Below are positions 1 through 8,494 of a stretch of DNA of 64,000 nt, piece by piece. Source of the stretch: Fibrobacterota bacterium (GTDB lineage Bacteria > Fibrobacterota > Fibrobacteria > UBA5070); the NCBI GenBank assembly GCA_029557215.1, contig JAKPQQ010000255.1, forward strand, positions 16-64,015, read 5' to 3'. The translations under genes were made by a program, and so were the position numbers. Numbering within the stretch: the stretch's first letter is position 1; every line of letters starts with the position of its first letter. A model generated the notes under the pieces. The model saw only the letters and a program-made list of their open reading frames with translations. It was not told the origin of the DNA and did not search any database.

Positions 1-656
1 AAGTGCCGCCTGGACGGCGGGAGCGAATCCATCGCCTCGAGCGCCCGGATCGTCATTTCCCGTTTGAACTCGCGCAGCAGGGAGGCGGGCGCGCCCTCGG
101 CGGTCAGGAACGGGTCGGAGTGATGCCATTTTCCGTCGTCGTCGCGGACCACCAGGCCCAGCGATTCGAGCCGTTCCACCGACCGGCGCGCCTCGGAGGC
201 GGTGATGCGCGGCCTGACCAGCGCCGCCAGGCGGGAGTAGTCGCCGTTCCAGTCGGAATGGACCGCCAGTTCCCGGACGGCGACGTTGTACCAGTTCTCC
301 CAGAAGGGGAACTGGTGCGATGCCAGCGAGATCTTGCCGCTTTGCAGACGCAGCCGCTTGATCCGATCCAGCCAGGATTCGCGGTGTTCGACGGTGTCGG
401 ACTGGTTGAAGCGGATCAGGGCGTCCAGGAATTCGGCGGCGGCTCCCACGAGGCCGACCGCTTCGACAAGGCGCGGGATCGACGCGTCGCCCAGCCTGCG
501 GGATCCGCCCACGATCAGCGAACAGAATCCGGTGGATTTGAATCCGGCCTTCTGCGCGAACCATCGCCGGGAAAAGCTCGGGCGCAGCCTCTTTTCCTCC
601 TCGAAGTAGTCCTTGAGGAACTCCCGGTAGTTGTCGTATTCGAACAGCCTTCCCAC
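1..656 (-). CDS. TIGR02147/DUF4423-family putative HTH regulator, paralog A (3' end runs off the window)
   Basis: Not in the ORF track because it is open to the window edge. Hand translation of the minus strand from GTG at 656 gives VGRLFEYDNYREFLKDYFEEEKRLRPSFSRRWFAQKAGFKSTGF...SLLREFKREMTIRALEAMDSLPPSRRH. It is colinear with the 24553..25425 paralog and about 55% identical by eye. Alternative TTG start at 689. Track ORF 3..713 (+) is its antisense shadow. Confidence 0.7.
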   Translation of the reverse strand, partial: MGRLFEYDNYREFLKDYFEEEKRLRPSFSRRWFAQKAGFKSTGFCSLIVGGSRRLGDASIPRLVEAVGLVGAAAEFLDALIRFNQSDTVEHRESWLDRIKRLRLQSGKISLASHQFPFWENWYNVAVRELAVHSDWNGDYSRLAALVRPRITASEARRSVERLESLGLVVRDDDGKWHHSDPFLTAEGAPASLLREFKREMTIRALEAMDSLPPSRRH

Positions 657-880
657 CGCCTGGTTGCGGTCTTGGGATTGCCTGGCCAATGGGATGGGTC
701 TCCGGTTCGGTGATGCGATGTTGGTGCTCTGGCTGACGGTACATCCGCAGGAGCGGCTTCGCCAAGCGATTCATGGTCCCCCGCCCGGGACATCGCTTTC
801 CGGCGCTTTCCGGATCCGACGAAAGCCCCGGCTCCGGTGGGGAGCGGGGCGATCCGAAGGAACGGTTCGGACGCTTGGCG

Positions 881-2572
881 TCAGAAGCGGGTCAGCTTGA
901 GCGCCTGGTCGGCGCCTCGCACGAGAAGGAGACCCTTGGCGAGGGTGCGGAATTCCACTGGAGCGGATCCGGTGGTGGAGATGTTGCCGATCCGCCGACC
1001 GCCGGCATCGATCACTTCCAGATCCAGGATCCCGTTGGAGGTGATCACGAGGCCGTTGGGCGAAGAACGGACATCGAAGGCGCGTCGAAAGGCGGGGATG
1101 CGAGTCACACCCGCTGTTCCGCTGGTCGCCAGCTGCCAAGCGGAATAGTCGAGCGAATTGATGGAGGTGGACGAGGCGTTCGCACCCAGTCCTTTCGCGT
1201 CGGCGACTCTCCAGCGGATGCTATCCTCCACCGAGGCGGCGCGCGCGGCGATCGGGAGGCCGTCGATCCGGATTTCAGCGGATCGCGAGGTGGTGTAGAT
1301 GGAGGTGTCGATTCCTTCGCCCTCGACCTGCACGAAGAACGCCTTCGTCGATTCGGGAGCGGTCCAGTACAAGTACGCGGTTCCGGAGCCGATGATGCCC
1401 TTCTCGTTCGCGGGCTTGGTCGGATCGACGATGCCTTTCAGGTTGAAGGCGCGGAGTTCCTTGCCGCTGACATGCCAGAACGTGGAATCGCCGAAGTCGG
1501 CGCTCGTGGTCGCCTTGTTCAAGGTGAGCGTGCCGGCCGGGACCGGCAGGCGATATCCGTCCCAGTCGTAGAACGCCAGGATGCTGTCGCCTGCAAGGAG
1601 GCTCAGGCCTGAGGCCGATCTCGCCGTGAGCACCTGGTGCTGGTAGGCGACGGAGTCCTTGCCGAGCGAAGGCACCAGCATCGTGTCCTGTTCCAGCTTT
1701 CCGTCGACGACGCAGTTGTGGAGTGCCTGGCGGGTTGTGCGCGAAACATGGAGCCAGCACTTGCCGGTGCCGGAGGCGAGGTTGAATCCCCATTGCCATG
1801 CGCTTGAGTTGTCCGGTGAGCGGCCGAAGGAGGAATCGACGTGCTTGAGCCACCCCAGGTCTTCCACCGCGTAGGGGCTGTGCATGAATTTGACCTTCTT
1901 TCCCCACGAATTCCCGGCGAAGTCGAGAGTGGGCATGGTCGAACCCGTGGCGAGGTTGGTGGCCAACGAAACGTCGCTCCAAAGGAACCTGCCGCTGTCG
2001 GACTTGGACATGTTGACGGAAAGCGATGTTCCACCGGTCTGGTCGCGGTTCGCTCCGACGTGGAAAATCCCCTTGTCGCCGGCGAAGATCGCCAGGTTCT
2101 TCGAGATTCCGACGCCGACCAGGTTCGATTCTTCGCTGAATCCGTAGTTGGAATAGCCAGCTGCGACCTTCGCGAAGCCGAGCCCTTGGTACTTCGCCCA
2201 GCGCGATCCCGTCTCGAACGGGAATAGCGCCGTGTTCGAGGTCGCTTTCCAATCGACGAGCCAGAACGCCGTGTCGGATATGGTGTTGGCCAAGGCCAGG
2301 ATCCCGAGGCCGTCGCCCAGGTTGACGTATTTCGACATGCCCCAGGTCTGTCCGCCGCGTTTGGGGAGCGAGTCCACCACCCGCAGGTCCGATCCGTACA
2401 CGACCTTCTTCACGGTGTTGCCGGCCACGATGTAGGCGGTGTCGCCGTCGGCGGTCACGCTGGAGATCGCGCTCCCCGAAACGAGAAGCCGGGGATCGGA
2501 CAGTTCCACCGTGCGGTTCGGGGTGGACGAGGACAATGCCGCGGCGGCCAGGGATGCCAGTGGGGTGATCAT
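881..2572 (-). CDS. secreted protein of unknown function with C-terminal sorting-tail-like domain (cargo family 1, copy 1)
   Basis: Internal ATG at 2572 of track ORF 881..2902, preceded by AAGGAGAAG. The N-terminus MITPLASLAAAALSSS is signal-peptide-like. Shares DGDTAY and Y-x-LGDG-GIL blocks with the adjacent 2697..4025 product. The C-terminus ...LDLEVIDAGGRRIGNISTTG...LLLVRGADQALKLTRF resembles FlgD-Ig/T9SS-type tails. No catalytic domain recognised. Confidence 0.7.
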   Translation of the reverse strand: MITPLASLAAAALSSSTPNRTVELSDPRLLVSGSAISSVTADGDTAYIVAGNTVKKVVYGSDLRVVDSLPKRGGQTWGMSKYVNLGDGLGILALANTISDTAFWLVDWKATSNTALFPFETGSRWAKYQGLGFAKVAAGYSNYGFSEESNLVGVGISKNLAIFAGDKGIFHVGANRDQTGGTSLSVNMSKSDSGRFLWSDVSLATNLATGSTMPTLDFAGNSWGKKVKFMHSPYAVEDLGWLKHVDSSFGRSPDNSSAWQWGFNLASGTGKCWLHVSRTTRQALHNCVVDGKLEQDTMLVPSLGKDSVAYQHQVLTARSASGLSLLAGDSILAFYDWDGYRLPVPAGTLTLNKATTSADFGDSTFWHVSGKELRAFNLKGIVDPTKPANEKGIIGSGTAYLYWTAPESTKAFFVQVEGEGIDTSIYTTSRSAEIRIDGLPIAARAASVEDSIRWRVADAKGLGANASSTSINSLDYSAWQLATSGTAGVTRIPAFRRAFDVRSSPNGLVITSNGILDLEVIDAGGRRIGNISTTGSAPVEFRTLAKGLLLVRGADQALKLTRF

Positions 2573-2696
2573 GGATGCTTCTCCTTGGTTGAAGGTAATC
2601 CAACGATATCGCCGGCACGTTTCGCTGCGTGTCCCGCGCACCGGGCATTCCGTGGACAAAATGTCCGATGCGCACGCCCCGGTTCGTCCTTCGCGG

Positions 2697-4025
2697 TCAG
2701 CGCGGAACGAACAGCGACCGCGCGATGCCGCCGCATCGGACCAGGACCGGACGCCCTCCGGAAGTGACAAAATCCGACATGCCGGAAGCGCCGATCGCGA
2801 AGCGTCCGAGCCGTTGGCCGACCGCGTCGAACACGTCCACCTCCGCTCCTGGCGTTCCCGCCAGGCGAAGGATTCCAGGGGCGGCCGTGGCGCTCCAGCC
2901 ATCGATCTTGCGCGACGGCGCGACAGCCGAGGCTCCTTGCCTTGTGATCGGATAGGCTTTCAAGTCGGAGGATCCGGCCTGCCAGAGCGCCGTGTTCCCG
3001 AATGCGGTTCCCGGGAAGTAGCCTCCGGGGAGTGTCGCGACGGGCATCGGGAGGGAACCTGGTTCCCGGCCGAGCAGCACCTGGACGCCTTCGCCGGAGA
3101 CCAGGTGGAACCCGAATCCGGAACGGGTGGTTTCGAAGGGGGCTCCGTACGCGTGCGACGCCGGTCCGCGGTTGCCGGGCATCGGGAAGCCGCCCGAGAT
3201 GGACCATCCTGTCGGGGAGCTCGAGTTCCAGAGGTACATGACGGAATCCGCCCGTCCGATGCTCAGGACGTTCGCCGCGTCCAACCGCAGCGGAGCGGGG
3301 GTGTTCGGGACGGGGATGGCGACCGGATCCTTCGGGGGGGGAGGCAGGAGGATACCCTGGCGCTCGATGGATTCGAATCCCGAAACCGGGTCGATCGAGG
3401 ATCCGGGGATGTTCCAGACCTCCAGCGCGTCGGAGGATGACTTGGCGACGATTCCTGTCGAATCCATCGAGATCGCCTCCCAGTAGGGGTCGACAGGAAC
3501 GTTCTTCGGGCGCTTCAGGACCAGGCTGTCGCGTTCGCCGGTGGATTTTCTGGTGAACACCGAGGCCAGGAACAGGCCTTCGGTGCGCGCGATGGCGGCC
3601 GTCGAAGCCGAAAGCCGCACGCCTTGGATTGTCCGATTCGATGCATGCACGGGTCCCAGGGCGGGGAACGCCTTCCAGTGCCGATCTTTCCAATCGACCG
3701 CCAGGATCGTGCTGTCGTTGTCGGCGCTGCCCGGTGTGCTGTAGGCCGCGCTCAGGATCCCGAAGCCGTCTCCGAGGGCGACGTATCGGGTGCGATCCCA
3801 GCTCCGCGAAGTCGGGACGGGGATCGAATCCACGGTCCGGATCCGATTCCCGTCCAGGACCATCTTGCGGAGTTGTTTCCGGGTGCAGACATAGGCGGTG
3901 TCGCCGTCCGTGTCGACTCCGATGACCGTTCCGGAGAGGGATGTCGAGGCGGGCGAAAAAAGCTCGATCTGCGGGAGGGTGGAAGACGACGACGCGAGAA
4001 GCAGGGAGATGGATGCGGCGATCAT
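2697..4025 (-). CDS. secreted protein of unknown function with C-terminal sorting-tail-like domain (cargo family 1, copy 2)
   Basis: Internal ATG at 4025 of track ORF 2697..4238, preceded by AGGAGA. The N-terminus MIAASISLLLASSSS is signal-like. Tandem paralog of 881..2572 (VDTDGDTAYV, YVALGDGFGILSAAY). C-terminal tail is ...AEVDVFDAVGQRLGRFAIGASG...PVLVRCGGIARSLFVPR. Confidence 0.7.
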   Translation of the reverse strand: MIAASISLLLASSSSTLPQIELFSPASTSLSGTVIGVDTDGDTAYVCTRKQLRKMVLDGNRIRTVDSIPVPTSRSWDRTRYVALGDGFGILSAAYSTPGSADNDSTILAVDWKDRHWKAFPALGPVHASNRTIQGVRLSASTAAIARTEGLFLASVFTRKSTGERDSLVLKRPKNVPVDPYWEAISMDSTGIVAKSSSDALEVWNIPGSSIDPVSGFESIERQGILLPPPPKDPVAIPVPNTPAPLRLDAANVLSIGRADSVMYLWNSSSPTGWSISGGFPMPGNRGPASHAYGAPFETTRSGFGFHLVSGEGVQVLLGREPGSLPMPVATLPGGYFPGTAFGNTALWQAGSSDLKAYPITRQGASAVAPSRKIDGWSATAAPGILRLAGTPGAEVDVFDAVGQRLGRFAIGASGMSDFVTSGGRPVLVRCGGIARSLFVPR

Positions 4026-4253
4026 TGGGGAGTCTCCTGTGGATGATGGTCGGCGGCGGGCGCCTTGGAGGAAGGTTACGGGCGTCCGAGCCGTTATCCA
4101 TCGGGGTTCGCGGGCGATAGCGTTGCCAATTTGTCCCCGCGATCGATCGGGCGCCGACCGGATGCGGCGCGGATCGTGGTCAGAATGTCCACGGCGAATC
4201 GGTCCGGTCCGGTGACGGAACCCGGTGGAGAAAGCCATGTTCTAGGCGTACCC

Positions 4254-5087
4254 ATGGCCAGCGTCTACGCCCATACCGACTATCGCGCCTTCCTGCGCGA
4301 ATGGTTCTCCGAAGAAAAGGAGCGCCGTCCGGCGCTTTCCTACCGGTGGATGGGACAGAAACTGCTGATGGACGCGAGCCTCCTGGCCAAGATCTTCGGG
4401 GGCGAACGGCACCTTTCCGCCTCGCGCGTGCAGCCGGTCCTCGACATGGTCGGGCTGTCGGGCCTGGAAGCCGAGTACTTGCGGATCCTGGTCCAGTACG
4501 GCAAGTCCAAGAGCGCCAAGGAATCGCAGGTCTGCTTCGCCAAGCTCGCCGAACTGCGGCGCGTGGCGCCGGTCGCGGTCGACGATTCGCAGGCCGGCTA
4601 CTGGGATTCGTGGGTCAACGTGGCGGTGCGTTCCCTGGTCTCGTGCGGATCGTTCAAGGACGAATGGGAACGCATCGGGGCGCTGCTGCGTCCGCAGGTG
4701 TCGGGCGCGAAGGTCAAGGAAGCCGTGGCGACCCTGGCCCGGCTCGGGTTCGTGGAGAAGGATCAGGACGGATTCTGGCGCGTCCGCGAGCCGTTTTTGC
4801 GCGACGGCAAGGGGCCGCAGGTCCGGGCGTTGCGGCATTTCCACAGGCAGTCCCTGCTCCTGGCGGTGGAAGCCATCGAGAACGTCCCGGTGGACCGCCG
4901 CGACATTTCTTCGGTGACGGTGTCCATCCCGGAATCCGGCTACGCCGAGATCTCCGAGATGGTCAGGGATTTCCGGTCGCGGCTCCTGACCGCGGTTTCG
5001 CGGATGCGGGGGCCCGATCGCGTCTACCAGGTGAGCATCCAGGCGATTCCGCTCGCGTTGCCGCCGTCCGACGGCGCGGAGGGCTAA
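4254..5087 (+). CDS. TIGR02147/DUF4423-family putative HTH regulator, paralog B
   Basis: ATG at 4254 inside track ORF 4065..5087. MASVYAHTDYRAFLREWFSEEKERRP...SYRWMGQKLLMDASLLAKIFGGERHLS is an XRE-like HTH segment, followed by a long DUF4423-like body. About 70% identical by eye to paralog C (8495..9334) over the first 60 residues. Confidence 0.85.
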   Translation: MASVYAHTDYRAFLREWFSEEKERRPALSYRWMGQKLLMDASLLAKIFGGERHLSASRVQPVLDMVGLSGLEAEYLRILVQYGKSKSAKESQVCFAKLAELRRVAPVAVDDSQAGYWDSWVNVAVRSLVSCGSFKDEWERIGALLRPQVSGAKVKEAVATLARLGFVEKDQDGFWRVREPFLRDGKGPQVRALRHFHRQSLLLAVEAIENVPVDRRDISSVTVSIPESGYAEISEMVRDFRSRLLTAVSRMRGPDRVYQVSIQAIPLALPPSDGAEG

Positions 5088-5098
5088 CTTTGGCCGCG

Positions 5099-6634
5099 AT
5101 GTCGCCAGCCCTCAACGGTTCCAGGCTCCTCCGATTCCTGCTTCTTCCGGCGTTGGGCGCGGTGCTGGCCGCCTGCGGCGGTCCGGAGCGGATCGCCGGG
5201 AACAACGGGTCCACCACGGGAACCGAGGCGGGCAACGCGTTCACCGCCCGCGTGGTGCGCCTCGACGGCTCTCCCGCCGCGGGGGCCGTCGCGAAGGCGC
5301 GGAGGACGGAAAGCGTCGAAGACTCCTCGTCGTGGCCGTCGGGGATCGCCGACTCGGCCGGCCGCGTGCGGCTGGTGCTGGACACCGCCAGCGGCTGGAC
5401 CATCGAGTTCGCCGAACCCGGAAGTGCCATCCTGCGCCGGATCGCGCGGAAGTCGGATTCCGTCGTCGACGCGTCGGTGGTCCTGGTGCCGACCGCCGGC
5501 GTCGTCGGAAAGGTCCGCGGGGGCGTCCCCGGCGCGAAGATCGCCATCGCGGGCCTGGGCCGGACGGTCCCGCTGGACGCGGACACGATGTTCCGGTTCG
5601 AGGGGCTTCCATCGGACAGTCTGTTCCTCCTGCTCGTCGGCGCGGACGCCGGATGGAGCCTCGATCTCGCTCCGGGCACGACAAGATCCGTCGTGCTCGA
5701 CGCCCGGACCGGGAGCGTTCCCGCCGATCCGGAAATCGTCGTGCGATTCCCGCGCGGTCGGATCCAGCCGGGAGCCCTGCTTCCGCTCGAACTGGGAAGC
5801 CCCTCGGAATCCGACGCTTCGGCATCCTGGAACGACTACCGTCTCGTCGACGTCCAGGGCGCGATCGTTCCGACCCGTCTGGAAGGACGCGACGCGAAGA
5901 CCGGGATCAGCCGACTCTGGATCCGCGTTCCGGGGAACGCGACCGATTCCGGGTTCGTGTTGCGGGTGGTGCCCGCCGCCGCGGCGGGATCGGCCGGGTC
6001 GTCGCCCTTCGTCGGGTCGGGGATCGCGTCGGCGGTGCTGTTCGACACGATCTCCAACGGGAGCGCCCCCGATCTCGCGCGCCCCGGGGCCTGGCTCCAA
6101 GGGATCCATTCCCTTGCCGGATCGGCCTCCGATCCGGTGTTCGGCGGGGCAGCGTCCTTGTCGGCGAGCTTCGGGCCGGATCTTGTCGCATTGGATTCCA
6201 ACGCCTTCCCGACATCCGATGCCGGCGGGTTCGCCATGCGGTTCCGTCTTCTGGATCCGACGTTCGGCCGCCTGTGGTTGTTCCAGGCCGACGATTCGGG
6301 GGCGAGCCGTTTCGTGAGGGTCGGTTTGGGCGGCGGATGGCTTGTTCTCCAGGCCGGCGACCATCGCGATTCCGTCAAGATGTCTTCCGACGCCGCGTCC
6401 CATGTCCTGTCCGTGGCCAGGAGCGCCACGGCATGGACGGCGAGTTTCGACGGCGTCGCCACGTTGTCCGTCTCGATCGATTCCGTTTCGCGCGACACGA
6501 AATGGGCGCGTCGGGTGGTCGGGCGCGGCGCGGGCATCGCCATCCGGGAACTGTTCGTCTTCGATGGCGGATACCCCGATTTCCGCGCTGCCTCGCTCGC
6601 CGGAAGGATCGCGATCGAGCGCTCCTGGCGCTGA
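5099..6634 (+). CDS. lipoprotein: carboxypeptidase-regulatory-like repeats + DUF2341-like + LamG/concanavalin-like C-terminal domain (module B)
   Basis: ATG at 5099, or TTG at 5090 six nt after GGAGGG, inside track ORF 4301..6634 and 11 nt after the regulator stop. Lipobox LGAVLAAC. ARVVRLDGSPAAGAVAKARR...DSAGRVRLVL is CarboxypepD_reg-like. DYRLVDVQGAIVPTRLEG...ISRLWIRVPGNATDSGFVLRVVP matches the DUF2341 pattern. The C-terminal ~170 aa are LamG-like. Confidence 0.8.
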   Translation: MSPALNGSRLLRFLLLPALGAVLAACGGPERIAGNNGSTTGTEAGNAFTARVVRLDGSPAAGAVAKARRTESVEDSSSWPSGIADSAGRVRLVLDTASGWTIEFAEPGSAILRRIARKSDSVVDASVVLVPTAGVVGKVRGGVPGAKIAIAGLGRTVPLDADTMFRFEGLPSDSLFLLLVGADAGWSLDLAPGTTRSVVLDARTGSVPADPEIVVRFPRGRIQPGALLPLELGSPSESDASASWNDYRLVDVQGAIVPTRLEGRDAKTGISRLWIRVPGNATDSGFVLRVVPAAAAGSAGSSPFVGSGIASAVLFDTISNGSAPDLARPGAWLQGIHSLAGSASDPVFGGAASLSASFGPDLVALDSNAFPTSDAGGFAMRFRLLDPTFGRLWLFQADDSGASRFVRVGLGGGWLVLQAGDHRDSVKMSSDAASHVLSVARSATAWTASFDGVATLSVSIDSVSRDTKWARRVVGRGAGIAIRELFVFDGGYPDFRAASLAGRIAIERSWR

Positions 6635-6668
6635 TCCGCGGGCCATCATGGATCCGGCGAACGCGAAA

Positions 6669-6691
6669 CGGCCCTTCTTCTGGAAGGGCCG
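6669..6691. terminator. hairpin between convergent genes (putative bidirectional terminator)
   Basis: CGGCCCTTC-ttctg-GAAGGGCCG, a 9-bp perfect stem lying between the lipoprotein B stop (6634) and the BNR/CBM3 stop (6739). The minus-strand reading is followed by TTTCGCGTT. Confidence 0.4.
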
Positions 6692-6738
6692 TGCGATCGT
6701 TCGGGGAGAGATGTCGAAAACGACGGAACGCGGGAGGA

Positions 6739-8205
6739 TCAGCGCGCGAAGGCGCCCCAGACCTGCGATCCGTTCTGGTAGACAGCGATGTAGGGGTTGA
6801 GGGTCCAGTCGAGCGCCGATTGCAGGTACGAGAAATCGTTCGACTGGTCGAAATTCGACCAATCCGATTTGGCCACGCGCCCCTGGATTTCGCCCGAAAC
6901 CTGTCCGGCTCCGACCGTCGCGCTGGATGCGATGGTCAGATCCAGGGCCCGTTCAGCGTTGAGCGCGCCGATGGCGCGGGTCACGCTGTAGGGGCTGTAG
7001 TCCAGCGTGTAGGATTCCGTCGCGCTTCCTTCGCGCGCGTAGCGGTAGCGGAATTTGACGTTCTTGAGCTGGACGGGAACCGATCCCAGGTTGCGCAGGC
7101 GGATGTTGGGGTACAGCTGGTTGCCCACGACCTGGTTGTCGGAGTGCTTGTATTCGGCGACCACGTTCGAGCCCGACCAGCGGGCGGTCTTGAACCAGGT
7201 CGCGCCGTCGTCGTCGGAGCGGAACGCGCCGTATTCCGTGGTCGCGTACAACGTGCGGATCGCGCCGGTGCCGGGAGCGGTGGATACGCTGGAGACGATC
7301 GCGCCGAATCCGTTGCCGTAGGCGGGGATGTTGGGGTTGTGGATGGAGACCCAGAACTGCCCGCCGGTGCGCGTGGTCCAGACCGCCTTGTCGGTGCGGC
7401 CGCCGAACGAAACGTAGAAGGTCTTGCCGCTCGCGTCGCGGGAATCGATCGCGATGCTCGAAACCAGGTTCCGCGGCATGCCGCCCCAATGTCCGGAATC
7501 GATCCGGGTCCAGCTGGGCGTGCCGGCCTTGGCTCCGAACACCAGCCAGACTTCGCCGTTGGCCGTTCCCACGACGACGATGTCCGACACCGGGTTGACG
7601 GCGACGGCGCTGAGCGCCGAACCCGAGGGGGGCAGGAGCGGATCGTTGGCGGGCTGGACGGTGGTGAAGGTCGCGCCGAAGTCGGTGGAGTAGGCGACTC
7701 CTCCGCCGGTCGCGACGTACAGCGTGCCGTTCCTTGGATTCACGGAGGCGTTCCAGACGTCGCCGTAGGGCAGGTTCGAGGTGAGATCGGTCCAGCTCAG
7801 GCCGCCTCTCCCTTTCACGACGCGCCAGAATTTGCCACCCTGCTGCGTGCCGGCGAAGGACACGAACGCCGAATATTCGTCGTGCGTGTAGGTGGGGGCG
7901 ATGCTCGTGACGGCGAGGCCGGGGGCGGAATTCACGATCCCGCCGCGACCGTCTTCGGCCGAATCGAGCCTCGTCCAGGCGGGGCTCGCCACGCGGCCGC
8001 TCGTGGACAGGTAGACCTTGCCGTCGGTGTATCCCAGCCAGACCTGGTCCGGGTCCAGGCCCGATTGGCGGGTGGTGGAAGGAATCGCCGCGCCGGACTT
8101 CAGAGGCTCCCACGCGTCGATGGGAAGGGTCTGGGCTTGGGCTGCGGTCGCGGCCAGGGACAAGGTGCCGAGGGCGAGCCCCCGGCGCAGGGTGTTCTTG
8201 AACAT
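6739..8205 (-). CDS. secreted BNR/Asp-box beta-propeller protein with C-terminal CBM3-like cellulose-binding module
   Basis: Track ORF; AGGAGAAG lies upstream. Signal peptide MFKNTLRRGLALGTLSLAATAAQA. Asp-box motifs YSTDFGATF and RSDDDGATWF. The C-terminal ~150 aa carry CBM3 hallmarks: NIRLRNLGSVPVQLKNVKFRYRYAREG and GEIQGRVAKSDWSNFDQSNDFSY. Paralog of 25569..26981. Confidence 0.85.
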   Translation of the reverse strand: MFKNTLRRGLALGTLSLAATAAQAQTLPIDAWEPLKSGAAIPSTTRQSGLDPDQVWLGYTDGKVYLSTSGRVASPAWTRLDSAEDGRGGIVNSAPGLAVTSIAPTYTHDEYSAFVSFAGTQQGGKFWRVVKGRGGLSWTDLTSNLPYGDVWNASVNPRNGTLYVATGGGVAYSTDFGATFTTVQPANDPLLPPSGSALSAVAVNPVSDIVVVGTANGEVWLVFGAKAGTPSWTRIDSGHWGGMPRNLVSSIAIDSRDASGKTFYVSFGGRTDKAVWTTRTGGQFWVSIHNPNIPAYGNGFGAIVSSVSTAPGTGAIRTLYATTEYGAFRSDDDGATWFKTARWSGSNVVAEYKHSDNQVVGNQLYPNIRLRNLGSVPVQLKNVKFRYRYAREGSATESYTLDYSPYSVTRAIGALNAERALDLTIASSATVGAGQVSGEIQGRVAKSDWSNFDQSNDFSYLQSALDWTLNPYIAVYQNGSQVWGAFAR

Positions 8206-8494
8206 GGGCGTAGACTTCTCCTGGTGTTTGGTTCACCGGCGCCAACGGGGAATTCCGCCGCGCATTGACGAATATTGTCTATCCGGAGCCGTCCGCGAGG
8301 ACTTTCCGCACGGTCTCCCTTCCTTTGCGCTTTCTGGCGCTTTCCGGGATCGGGCCGTTCCCGCATGGACGGGAAACGCCGGATTCCGGCGGGTTGGCGG
8401 GAGGTTCCGGGGGCGCCAGGGGACATTTTGGCAACGGCGAACGCGATTTCCGGTGGACGGAACCCCTTCGCGAAAGCCATGTTCTTGGCATCCG

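Noticed and set aside
4236-4244. Mini-ORF ATG-TTC-TAG inside the conserved block upstream of regulator B
   Set aside because: In paralog C the equivalent ATG opens a different, out-of-frame reading with no stop at the same place. The mini-ORF is therefore not conserved and is probably coincidental.
4065-4253. Long N-terminal extensions offered by the track for the regulators and lipoproteins (4065, 4301, 8018, 55236, 57802, 60177..63566 and others)
   Set aside because: The paralogs align from the conserved MASVYAHTDYR / signal-peptide starts. The extensions are low-complexity and overlap neighbouring genes in other frames. The internal starts have RBSs or stop/start overlaps.
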